Below, in pieces: positions 54,335 through 63,296 of a DNA stretch of 64,000 bases. The stretch lies in the NCBI GenBank assembly GCA_026705295.1, contig JAPPBA010000136.1, forward strand, positions 961 through 64,960, written 5' to 3'. How positions within the stretch are numbered: the first letter of the stretch is position 1; the number at the start of each line of letters is the position of its first letter. The notes under the pieces are model-generated. The model had not been told where the DNA came from. It did no database searches and saw only the letters and a program-made list of their open reading frames with translations. The stretch is from Candidatus Palauibacter australiensis. Lineage in GTDB: Bacteria; Gemmatimonadota; Gemmatimonadetes; Palauibacterales; Palauibacteraceae. A program made the position numbers and the translations under genes.

Positions 54335-56098
54335 TCAGTTTGCGATTCTTGGGAAAACAAGGCGCTGGTCGGCCTCCACGACCGAAACCGCGCCCGCGAC
54401 GCGCTCCGCGACTTCGAACACGAACTGCACGGCGGACCCGTGCATCAGGAACGCGGTCGGGGACTGGGGGAGGAGTCGGAACGCGGTCTCGCCAGTGCGG
54501 GCGGCCATGAGAACGTCCTCCTCGAGCGTGACGGTCAGGGTCGTGGCCGGGTCGATCCGGTACTCGCCCACCAGGATGGACAGATCCTCGGGCTCCACCC
54601 GCACGATGGGGAGCCGAAGCGCCGGATCGGGTTCGACGCCCATCTCCGACAGGCGTTCCAGGAGCCGGGGCATCCCGGGATTGTACGTGAGCGCCGTCCG
54701 GATGTGGTCCGACGCCGCCTCCAGAGCCCCGGCCTCTTCGTGAAGCTCGGATAGCGCGAATCGGATGGCGATGGGGAGGGGTTCCGGCGTTCCGGCCGCG
54801 TAGGCCTCGAGGATCGCGATGGCCGTGGCCGGCTCGCCCGCCCGGAAGTGGCCCGCGAGCCTCAGGATCTGGCCGGGCGAGTAGTCGTATTCCTCCGGTC
54901 GCGTCCGGCGCCAGTTCTCGTACCTCGTCATCGCCGCCTCGACCCCGCCCGCCTCGACGATCGGCAGCAGCCGTTCGGCGATCGACGGTTTCGGACGAAC
55001 GGCCTCGGCGCCCCACAGCAGATTCGTCAAACCCTCCACGAGCGGTCCCAGGTCGGAGGACGTGTTGTCCAGCAGCACGATGAGGCGTCCGTGGTCCGGG
55101 AAGACGCGCAGCAGCGAGGAGAACCCGAAGATCCCCCCAGAGTGTTCGATCGTGCGCACGCCGCGGTCGCGCTCGATATCCCGCGCCCGCACGCCGACGC
55201 CGTACCCGTATGCCCCGGCTTCGAGGCCCGGGGTCGTCATGCGCGCCAGCGTCTCCGGGTCCCGGAACAGGCCCCCGTCGAGGAAGAGGCGGGTGGCCCA
55301 CCGGGTGAGATCCCCCACGGTGGAGTACAGCATGCCGGCCGAATAGGGCACGGACGGATCGATGAGACGCGCCGGGCGATAGCCGACGAGGTCGCGCGTG
55401 TGGCCGGCCGCGTGGCCCTCCGGCGGCCGGAGCGAACCGTCGTATCCGGTGTCGCGCAGTTCCAGCGGGTCGAGTACGTACGTTCGAAGCGCCTCGGCGT
55501 AGCTCAGCCCCGTGACGCGTTCGGCGATCCAGCCCAGAAGGACGTATCCCGAGTTGGAGTACTCGAAGTCCGTGCCCGGCTCGAAGGAGAGGGGGGCCTC
55601 CCAGGTGAGCGCGAGGATCTCGCCCGGCGAGAACGGGGTCGCCGCCTCCCAGTCCATGAACCCCGGCATGTTCGTGTAGCTCGGCAACCCCGACGTGTGG
55701 GTGAGCAGGTGATGGAGCGTGACCCGGTCCGCGTTTTCGGGCGGATACTCCTCGATATGGCGCCCCACCGGATCGTCGACCCGCAGCAGCCCCTCTTCTT
55801 CAAGTCTGAGGACGAGTGCGGCCGTGAACTGCTTCGTCAGCGAAGCGATGCGGAACCGCGTGCTCGCGTCGTTGGCGCCGCCGGCCGCGAAGTCCGACCG
55901 TCCGAACGCGCCCTCGAACAGGACCTCGCCCTCGTCGACGATGAGCGCCGCGCCATTGAACAGCCTGAGGTCATGGAAGGACCGCAGGTAGCCTTCCGCC
56001 CGTTCCGCGCGCGACTGCGCCTCGGCGGCGGACGCGAACGCGGCGACGAGCGCGGCCGCGAGACCGTACCTCCACGATGACTTGTGAAGCGGATACAA
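54335..56098 (-). CDS. serine hydrolase, beta-lactamase/transpeptidase fold, with C-terminal extension
   Basis: 587 aa with a signal peptide. FRIASLTKQFTAA (S-x-x-K) and YSNSGYVLLG (Y-x-N), followed by an extra C-terminal region of ~200 aa. Confidence 0.85.
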   Translation of the reverse strand: MYPLHKSSWRYGLAAALVAAFASAAEAQSRAERAEGYLRSFHDLRLFNGAALIVDEGEVLFEGAFGRSDFAAGGANDASTRFRIASLTKQFTAALVLRLEEEGLLRVDDPVGRHIEEYPPENADRVTLHHLLTHTSGLPSYTNMPGFMDWEAATPFSPGEILALTWEAPLSFEPGTDFEYSNSGYVLLGWIAERVTGLSYAEALRTYVLDPLELRDTGYDGSLRPPEGHAAGHTRDLVGYRPARLIDPSVPYSAGMLYSTVGDLTRWATRLFLDGGLFRDPETLARMTTPGLEAGAYGYGVGVRARDIERDRGVRTIEHSGGIFGFSSLLRVFPDHGRLIVLLDNTSSDLGPLVEGLTNLLWGAEAVRPKPSIAERLLPIVEAGGVEAAMTRYENWRRTRPEEYDYSPGQILRLAGHFRAGEPATAIAILEAYAAGTPEPLPIAIRFALSELHEEAGALEAASDHIRTALTYNPGMPRLLERLSEMGVEPDPALRLPIVRVEPEDLSILVGEYRIDPATTLTVTLEEDVLMAARTGETAFRLLPQSPTAFLMHGSAVQFVFEVAERVAGAVSVVEADQRLVFPRIAN

Positions 56099-56227
56099 GC
56101 GGGATTCTCCCTCGTCGCTCCTTGTCAGGCGAGCGCCTCACCACTATCGGCGCCGACCCAGGCGTTTGCCACAGGCTGCCGGGCCGAAACGCTCGCGTGC
56201 CCCGTACGAAAGGGATAGGATCGCATC

Positions 56228-57772
56228 ATGCGCTCGATCTCAAGTCGGCAGCGGTCCCGGATCCTGGAACTGGAGGAGGCTGCGCGGCCGCTCGACCCCG
56301 ACGCGGGGGAGCGCGACCGCCTCATGACCGAGGTGCATGGCTACGCGCAGCGGTTCCTCGACGGGCTCCCCGAACGCCTCGCCTACCGGCACGACAAGTC
56401 CTCCGTGGCGGAGATCCGGGAACTGGGCGCCGGGGCCGATACGCGGCCCATCGGGCGGCTCATCGACCGGATCGATGAGTCCGTCGTGGGGGTGGGACTG
56501 GTGCCCTCGCACGGCGGCCACCTCGGGTACATCCCCGGCGGCGGCATATACGCCTCTTCGCTGGCGGACTATCTCGCGGCCGTCACGAACGAATACGCCG
56601 GGGTACGGTTCACCGGGCCGGGCGCGGTCGAGATGGAGAACGTCATCCTCGACTGGATGGCCCGTTTCGCGGGATACCCGGCCACGTGCGCCGGGAACCT
56701 GGCCTCGGGCGGCTCGATCGCGAGCCTCATCGCCGTCGTCACCGCGCGCGAGGCGGCCGGGCTGCGCGCCCGCGACTACGAGCGTGCGGTCGTCTACTCC
56801 TCGCCCCACCTGCACCACTGCCTGCACAAGGCGCTCAGGATGGCCGGCGTGGGAGAGGCGGTGCGGCGCGACGTCCCGCTGGATGGGGAATACCGGATGC
56901 GGGTCGACGCGCTCGCCGAACTCGTGGCGGAGGATCGCGCGCGCGGACTCCGGCCCTGGCTCGTCTTCGCTTCGGCGGGCACCGTGGACATCGGCGCCAT
57001 CGACCCGCTCGCGGAGATCGCGGACGTCGCCGAGCGCGAAGATCTCTGGTTCCACGTGGACGGCGCCTACGGCGGCTTTTTCGCCCTGCTTGAGGAGATG
57101 CGGCCCGCGCTGGCGGGGCTGGAACGCTCGGATTCCCTCGTCCTCGACCCGCACAAGGGCATGTTCCTCCCCTACGGGACCGGCGCCGTGCTCGTCCGCG
57201 ACGGGAACGCCCTGGCGGATGCGCACACCTCCGGCGCCAGCTATCTGCAGGACACGGTCGAGGCCGAGCGCTGGGGGCCCTCTCCGGCCGCCGTATCGCC
57301 GGAGCTCACCAAGCACTTTCGCGGACTGCGGGTTTGGCTGCCGCTCCTCCTTCACGGGGAGGCGCCGTTCAAGGCCTGCCTTCGGGAGAAGCTCGAACTC
57401 GCACGGTACTTCCACCGAGAGGTCGGGGCACTCGGGTTCGAGGTGGAGTCGGAGCCGCCGCTGTCGGTGGTCACCTACCGCTGGGTACCGGAGTCGGGCG
57501 ACGCGGACGCCTTCAACCGCGCGCTGATCGAAGAAACGCACCGCGACGGCCGGGTCTTCCTCTCCTCCACGACGATCGATGGAACCTTCCTGCTGAGAAT
57601 GGCGGCGCTCGCGTTCCGCACGCACCTCGACACCATCGACCTCGCGCTCGAAGTCCTCGCTGAGGCCGTGGAGCGCCTCGAAGCTCACCCCGAGCGCTGG
57701 CGCTCGGAAGCGTCGGCCGAAGCGTCCGCCGGAGCGCCCGCCGAAGCGCTCGCCGGGGGAGGCGGCGCCTGA
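56228..57772 (+). CDS. group II pyridoxal-dependent decarboxylase (aromatic amino acid/glutamate decarboxylase-like)
   Basis: 514 aa. GGSIASLIAVVTARE, WFHVDGAYGGFFAL and SLVLDPHKGMFLPYGTGAVLVR (PLP lysine) fit the group II decarboxylase family. Confidence 0.85.
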   Translation: MRSISSRQRSRILELEEAARPLDPDAGERDRLMTEVHGYAQRFLDGLPERLAYRHDKSSVAEIRELGAGADTRPIGRLIDRIDESVVGVGLVPSHGGHLGYIPGGGIYASSLADYLAAVTNEYAGVRFTGPGAVEMENVILDWMARFAGYPATCAGNLASGGSIASLIAVVTAREAAGLRARDYERAVVYSSPHLHHCLHKALRMAGVGEAVRRDVPLDGEYRMRVDALAELVAEDRARGLRPWLVFASAGTVDIGAIDPLAEIADVAEREDLWFHVDGAYGGFFALLEEMRPALAGLERSDSLVLDPHKGMFLPYGTGAVLVRDGNALADAHTSGASYLQDTVEAERWGPSPAAVSPELTKHFRGLRVWLPLLLHGEAPFKACLREKLELARYFHREVGALGFEVESEPPLSVVTYRWVPESGDADAFNRALIEETHRDGRVFLSSTTIDGTFLLRMAALAFRTHLDTIDLALEVLAEAVERLEAHPERWRSEASAEASAGAPAEALAGGGGA

Positions 57773-59583
57773 TGGCGGGTTCCGGCCCCGGGCTCGCCCG
57801 CCAGGACGTGCGTTTCGAGCCGAACGAGCGTCCTCCGCTCCCCATGGCCGCCGGACTCGGCGTCCAGTACGCCCTTATCTGCCTCGCCAGCATCGTGCTC
57901 ACGCCGACGGTCATGATCACGGTGGCGGGCGGAAGCCCGGAGTACCTGTCCTGGGCGGTGTTCGCGGCGCTCGTCATCAGCGGCATCACGACGGCGATCC
58001 AGGCGCGCAGCGTGGGACGGATCGGCGCCGGCTACGTCCTCATCATGGGGAGCACGAGCGCCTTCATCGCGGTGAGCGTCACGGCCATCGAGCAGGGCGG
58101 GCCGGGCATGCTCGCGGTGCTGATCATCGCCTCCTCGCTGGTCCAGTTCCTGCTTGCGTCCCGGATGGCGCTCCTGCGCCGGGTGTTCACGCCCACCGTG
58201 GCGGGCACCGTGCTGATCCTGATCCCGGTGACGCTGACCCCGATGATCCTGCGGAAGCTCGCCGAAGTCCCGGCCGGAGCCCCGACCGCCGCGGGTCCGC
58301 TCGTGGCCGGCGTGACGCTGGCGGTCACGGTCCTGGTCCCGCTTCGGTTCTCCGGCGCCCTTCGGCTGTGGGCCCCGGCCCTCGGGATCGTCGCCGGATC
58401 GCTCGTCGCCGGCCTCGGGTTCGGGATCTACGACATGTCCAGCGTCTACGAAGCCCGCTGGATCGGCCTGCCGGACCTGGCGTACCCCGGACTCGACCTG
58501 AGCTTCCGCCCCGAGTTCTGGGCTCTCTTGCCCTCCTTCCTCATGGTGACGCTCGTGAGCGCCATGGACACGCTCGGCGATGCGATCGCGATTCAGCGCG
58601 TCTCCTGGCGCAGGCCGCGCGCGATCGACTTCCGCTCCATCCAGGGCGCGATCGCCGCCGACGGCGCGGGCAACCTCCTCTCCGGTCTGGCCGGGACCGT
58701 CCCCAACACGACCTACGGCGTGGGCATCGCCGTCGCCGAACTCACCGGCGTCACCTCTCGCGCCATCGGGATGTGCGTCGGCGTCGTCTTCGCGGCGTTC
58801 GCCTTCCTGCCGAAATTGCTCGCCCTCATCATCGCGATCCCCGGCCCCGTCGTGGCGGCCTATTTCATCGTCGTCGTGGCGCTGATCTTCGTCTTTGGGA
58901 TGAAGATCCTGCTCCAGGAGGGGCTGGATTACCGCAACGGCCTCGTGGTCGGCGTGGCGTTCTGGCTCGGCATCGTCTTCCAGTTCGACTGGATCTACCC
59001 GGAGCAGATCGTCGGAGCCTGGGAGGAATTCCTCGGCAACGGCATGACGGTCGGCGGCATCACGGTGATCCTGCTCACCATCTTCGCCGAGGTCACCGGA
59101 GGCCGTCGGGCGCGCCTCAAGACGCGGTTATCGGACGACACGTGGTCGGAGGTTGACGCCTTCCTGGTGAAGTTCGCGGCGCGCAAGGGCTGGGACGAGG
59201 AGATGGCAACGCGTCTGCGTGCGGTGGGCGAAGAGACGATGCAGATCCTCGGCCGCACCGGAGCCGCAGCTGCATCCGAGGCCGAAGCTGCGGCCGAAAC
59301 CGGGACCGAAGCCGGGACCGACGAGGCGCGAAGCCTGTTGCTCATCGCGAGCAGCGATGGCCCCGCGGCGGATCTCGAGTTCATCGCGACGACGGACGAG
59401 AAGAACGTCGAGGACCAACTGGCGATGCTCAGCGAGGGGGCCGCAGGGGTCCCCGTTGAAGCGGAGACGCCGCTTCGGCTGCTGCGGCACTACGCCTCGT
59501 CCATCCGCCACCAGCAGTACCACGACATCGACATCCTCACGATCCGCGTCGAGTCTGTCCCCAAGGTGGCTGCCGACTTCTGA
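57772..59583 (+). CDS. NCS2/SLC23-type nucleobase (xanthine/uracil)-like permease with ~170-aa C-terminal cytoplasmic extension
   Basis: 603 aa. Multi-TM body with NCS2-like segments (GLGVQYALICLASIVLTP; VPNTTYGVGIAVAELTG; IPGPVVAAYFIV). Acidic Ala-rich linker and extra C-terminal domain. Start overlaps the decarboxylase stop (TGATG). Confidence 0.75.
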   Translation: MAGSGPGLARQDVRFEPNERPPLPMAAGLGVQYALICLASIVLTPTVMITVAGGSPEYLSWAVFAALVISGITTAIQARSVGRIGAGYVLIMGSTSAFIAVSVTAIEQGGPGMLAVLIIASSLVQFLLASRMALLRRVFTPTVAGTVLILIPVTLTPMILRKLAEVPAGAPTAAGPLVAGVTLAVTVLVPLRFSGALRLWAPALGIVAGSLVAGLGFGIYDMSSVYEARWIGLPDLAYPGLDLSFRPEFWALLPSFLMVTLVSAMDTLGDAIAIQRVSWRRPRAIDFRSIQGAIAADGAGNLLSGLAGTVPNTTYGVGIAVAELTGVTSRAIGMCVGVVFAAFAFLPKLLALIIAIPGPVVAAYFIVVVALIFVFGMKILLQEGLDYRNGLVVGVAFWLGIVFQFDWIYPEQIVGAWEEFLGNGMTVGGITVILLTIFAEVTGGRRARLKTRLSDDTWSEVDAFLVKFAARKGWDEEMATRLRAVGEETMQILGRTGAAAASEAEAAAETGTEAGTDEARSLLLIASSDGPAADLEFIATTDEKNVEDQLAMLSEGAAGVPVEAETPLRLLRHYASSIRHQQYHDIDILTIRVESVPKVAADF

Positions 59584-60887
59584 TGAGGACGTCCGAACCC
59601 CCCACGAGAACGCGCGGGCGAGCCCGTGGCGGCCGGCCGGTCCGTTCGCTCGCCGTCGCCGTGCTCCTCGTCGGGTGTGCCGGCGAGGCGGAGCGGCACG
59701 TGTCGCTGGAGCCGGGAGATGTCGAGTTCGAGCGGTCGTTCCCGAGCGGCGAACCCCATCTCGCGGTGGGCGCCGAGGGTCGCGCGATCCTGACATGGAT
59801 CGAGCCGGAGGACGGCGTGCCCGCGCTGCGGCTGGCGATTCGCGGGGAGGGAGGCTGGTCCGAGCCGCGAACCGTGTGGGCGTCGGAAGAGATGTTCGTG
59901 AACTGGGCCGACTTTCCGTCCTCGGTGGAGATGCGCGACGGGACGCTCGCCGTTCACTGGCTGGAGAAGGTGGCCGACGCGCCCTACGCCTACCATGTCA
60001 TGTTGGCGCTCTCTGCGGATGACGGCATGACGTGGTCGGAGCCGTTCCGCGCGCACGACGACGCGTCGCCGACCGAGCACGGCTTTGTGTCGATGGTGCC
60101 GTGGGGTGACGGTGCGGGGCTGACCTGGCTCGACGCCCGCGCCATGGCAGGCGATGCCGGGGGCGGCGAGCACGTGGCCGTAGGCGGCGAGCACCTGGCC
60201 GGAGCCGGAGGGGGAGAGCGCGGGGCGATGTCCGTCCGCTTCCGGACGCTCGCGCCGGATGGTCGCCTGGGCCCCGAGGTGCTGCTCGACGACCGCACGT
60301 GCGAGTGCTGCCAGACGGCGCTGGCCCGCGTGGGGGACGGTCTGGTCGCCGCCTACCGCGACCGGAGCGAATCCGAAGTCCGCGACATCGCCGTGGTTCG
60401 CGGGGCGGGGGAGGACTGGACCGAGCCCGCTGCGGTCTCGACCGACGGCTGGGTCATCCCCGGCTGTCCGGTGAACGGGCCGCAGTTGAGCGGCGACGAG
60501 GGGGCGCTGGCCTCGGCCTGGTACACGGGCGCCGGCGGCACACCGCAGGCATACGTCGCGTTCTCGGCCGACGGTGGCGCAACCTTCGGCCCGCGAATCC
60601 GGGTCGACGAGGGGTTGCCGCTGGGCCGCGTGGACATCGAGCGCCTCGACGACGGTTCGGCGGCGGTCGTGTGGCTCGAAGCCTCGAACGAGACGCCGCG
60701 CGTCCTCGTCCGCCGCGTCCATCCGGACGGTTCGCTGGACGCGCCCCTCCTGATCTCCGAGACCGCCGGCGAACGCTCGAGCGGGTTTCCACGCATGGTG
60801 CGGAGGGGGGACGAGTTCCTGTTCGCGTGGACGATCCCCGGCGAAGGCGGCGGCGTACGCGTCCGCGCCGTGCGACTCTCCGACTGA
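59583..60887 (+). CDS. BNR/Asp-box repeat (sialidase-fold) protein
   Basis: 434 aa. Asp-box motifs SADDGMTWSEP and SADGGATFGP, with signal/lipobox-like LLVGCAGE. Start overlaps the permease stop (TGATG). Confidence 0.65.
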   Translation: MRTSEPPTRTRGRARGGRPVRSLAVAVLLVGCAGEAERHVSLEPGDVEFERSFPSGEPHLAVGAEGRAILTWIEPEDGVPALRLAIRGEGGWSEPRTVWASEEMFVNWADFPSSVEMRDGTLAVHWLEKVADAPYAYHVMLALSADDGMTWSEPFRAHDDASPTEHGFVSMVPWGDGAGLTWLDARAMAGDAGGGEHVAVGGEHLAGAGGGERGAMSVRFRTLAPDGRLGPEVLLDDRTCECCQTALARVGDGLVAAYRDRSESEVRDIAVVRGAGEDWTEPAAVSTDGWVIPGCPVNGPQLSGDEGALASAWYTGAGGTPQAYVAFSADGGATFGPRIRVDEGLPLGRVDIERLDDGSAAVVWLEASNETPRVLVRRVHPDGSLDAPLLISETAGERSSGFPRMVRRGDEFLFAWTIPGEGGGVRVRAVRLSD

Positions 60888-60902
60888 AGCCACCGTCCGG
60901 GG

Positions 60903-61883
60903 TCAGGGGACGAGAAGCACCTTCGCGACACCCGGCTCCGCCGCCCGGCTGAATGCCTCCGGGGCGTCGGAGAGCGGCAGCCGGTCGTCGATCAGATCGC
61001 GCACCTCGAAGTCTCCGCGCTCCAGCGCCGCCAGGGCGTCCTCGAAGGGCCCGCACCGGGACCCGAGCAGTCGTATCTCATCTACCACAACGGATGAGAT
61101 GTCGATGGATAACTCGTTTGTGTGCGTGCTCTTGAGAATTACTGTTCCGCGTGGTCGAACGGCCCGGCGGGCGACGGCGAAGCCCGCCGCTGCACCGCTA
61201 CATTCGACGACGAGATCGTAGGCCGCTTCCTCCACGGCGGTGGCCGGCCCGGCGGCGAGCCCGGCCGCGCGAGCCCGCGCCAGGTTGCGCTCCGACCGCC
61301 CGGCGACCTCCAGCCCCGGCAACCGAATCGCCAGCGCCCGCGCCACGAGTTGCCCCAGCCGGCCCGCACCCACGACGAGCGCCCGGGTCACGCGACCGTG
61401 CTCGATCTCGCGCCCGACCTGCCGCAGGACGCGGCAGGCAGCCGCAACCGGTTCTGCGAACACGGCAACCTCGTCCGGAAGCGCCTGCGGCACGCGGTGC
61501 AGGTTCGAGACCGGCGCCCGCAGCCATTCGGCGAACGCGCCATCACGCCCGTGGATGCCGATCGCCTCGCGGCGAAGGCAGTGCGTCGGCCGGCCGTTCG
61601 CGCAACTGCGGCAGAGCGGCTCGGCATGTCGCGAGCGGCAGGTGACGTTGATCTCCGCCACGACCCGCGCCCCGACCCACTCGGGCGACCCCTCCTCGAC
61701 GCGTCCGACGAACTCGTGCCCCGGAATCCCCGAGAAGCCGCGGTATCCACGCAGCAACTCCAGGTCCGTCCCGCAGATTCCCGCCATCGAGACCCTGATG
61801 ATGGCCTCTCCGGGCTCGAGAGGGGGCCGCGGGAGGTCGTCGCGTATGCGGACCCTGCCGCCGTCGATCCAGGCCGCGATCAC
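60903..61883 (-). CDS. zinc-dependent medium-chain alcohol dehydrogenase family protein
   Basis: GTG 61883 overlaps the upstream stop (GTGA). SMAGICGTDLELLRGY...GHEFVGRV (catalytic Zn site), CRSCANGRPTHC (structural Zn site), VVGAGRLGQL (Rossmann). The upstream 198 codons of ORF 60903..62477 overlap the next gene. Confidence 0.8.
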   Translation of the reverse strand: MIAAWIDGGRVRIRDDLPRPPLEPGEAIIRVSMAGICGTDLELLRGYRGFSGIPGHEFVGRVEEGSPEWVGARVVAEINVTCRSRHAEPLCRSCANGRPTHCLRREAIGIHGRDGAFAEWLRAPVSNLHRVPQALPDEVAVFAEPVAAACRVLRQVGREIEHGRVTRALVVGAGRLGQLVARALAIRLPGLEVAGRSERNLARARAAGLAAGPATAVEEAAYDLVVECSGAAAGFAVARRAVRPRGTVILKSTHTNELSIDISSVVVDEIRLLGSRCGPFEDALAALERGDFEVRDLIDDRLPLSDAPEAFSRAAEPGVAKVLLVP

Positions 61884-63124
61884 CCGCGGCGCCGCTCGAG
61901 GATCGCGCGGAACGACCGCGTTTCGAGTTCCGCGGCGGTGAGACCGGAGCGGGCCGCCTCCTCCGCCGTCAGGGCGCCGGTCGCGAGCCCTCGGAGGAAG
62001 AAGTTCAGAAGGCCCTGGCCCGAGGCTTCGTCGTCGAACACCGACCCCGTGAGGACGGCCTGCCCCGCGACGGCCACGAAGCGGTCGAGCCGGCTCGCCG
62101 CCGCGTCCAGACCCTCGAGGAAGAACGAGAATACGGCCGCGAAGCGGGAGACGAGCTGTGCGGGGTGGAGGTCCCAGCCCTGGTAGAACCCCTGGCTCAG
62201 AGACCGCCGGACATCGGAGTAATGCAGGCGCCATGCGCCGTGCACGACCGCCAGGTTCTCCACCCGCTCGGCCGGTGAGAGCGCCGTCTCTCCGCGATGC
62301 GGTTCGACGGGCAGCACGTTCGTCGCCCCATCCGAAAGCTGGACGCCGGTCCCGGCGAGCGAGAGCTGCAGGAGCTGCCTCGCCAGGTCGCACAACGGGT
62401 GCGCCAGCGTCTGGTCTTCCGCCGCGACCGCCACGGCGCCCGTGAGGTCGTACGCTCCGAGATGCACGGTGCGGCACCGCCCGCCCGCCGCCGCGACAAG
62501 CTCCGGCACGGCGATCCGTCCATCCGGCGCCACGAGCGACTGCGGCGTCTCGATCATGAGGTCGATCGCCACACGCTCCTCCGGCAGACCGAGCGTCGTC
62601 TCGAGCCGACTCAGGGCCGCCGTGAGCCGTTCCACCTGCCCGGCCGCGATGATCTTGGGAAGGAGCACCGTGAACCCGTCCGGCAGGTCGCGCCCGCTCC
62701 GCGCGAACGCGGCAAGGAAGAGTTCGAGCGTACGCAACGCCCGCCCCCCGGTGATCTCATCCAGCGACTTGATGCGGATGCCAAGCGAGGGCGGGAGACT
62801 GCCGGCCGCGGCTCCCGCCGCGACCTCCCTTGCCGCCGTGGCCGCCGCCTCATCTTCCTCCGCCTCGGACCGGACGCCGAACCCATCCTCGAAGTCGATC
62901 AGAAAGCACTCGACCGGCTCCCGTTCGAGCTTGGCGCGCACTCGCCGGCGCACCGCTTCCGCGGTCCCGGGGGGAAGGCGATTTCCGAGGGCCTCCCGCA
63001 GAGCGGCCGGGTCCGGCGCGTACCGGTCCAGGTAGCGTCCGGCGATCCGTCCGAGCTTGGCCGCCGTATCTCGTCGGAAGAGGTGAGCCCCGCCGACAAC
63101 CGTGTGCACGGGCTGTTTCTGCAT
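61880..63124 (-). CDS. CitE/HpcH-aldolase-like (TIM-barrel lyase fold) protein, tentative
   Basis: 414 aa. ECFLIDFEDGFG and IDLMIETPQSL resemble the D-x-E-D and I-E-T motifs of the citrate-lyase-beta/malyl-CoA-lyase/HpcH superfamily. No confident family assignment. Confidence 0.45.
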   Translation of the reverse strand: MQKQPVHTVVGGAHLFRRDTAAKLGRIAGRYLDRYAPDPAALREALGNRLPPGTAEAVRRRVRAKLEREPVECFLIDFEDGFGVRSEAEEDEAAATAAREVAAGAAAGSLPPSLGIRIKSLDEITGGRALRTLELFLAAFARSGRDLPDGFTVLLPKIIAAGQVERLTAALSRLETTLGLPEERVAIDLMIETPQSLVAPDGRIAVPELVAAAGGRCRTVHLGAYDLTGAVAVAAEDQTLAHPLCDLARQLLQLSLAGTGVQLSDGATNVLPVEPHRGETALSPAERVENLAVVHGAWRLHYSDVRRSLSQGFYQGWDLHPAQLVSRFAAVFSFFLEGLDAAASRLDRFVAVAGQAVLTGSVFDDEASGQGLLNFFLRGLATGALTAEEAARSGLTAAELETRSFRAILERRRG

Positions 63125-63296
63125 GGGCTCAACTTCCGCGGCTCCGGCCGCCGCAGCAACGAGCTGGCCGCCGGCACCCGAAAAACTGGCGACAACTCCC
63201 CTCGTCCCCTAGGATTGCGGGCGGTTATCTCACCAAGCGACTCACGGTTCGGGGAGCCGTGGGGCCTGTCGGGCGGGGTCGGCCCGAGGAGAGACG

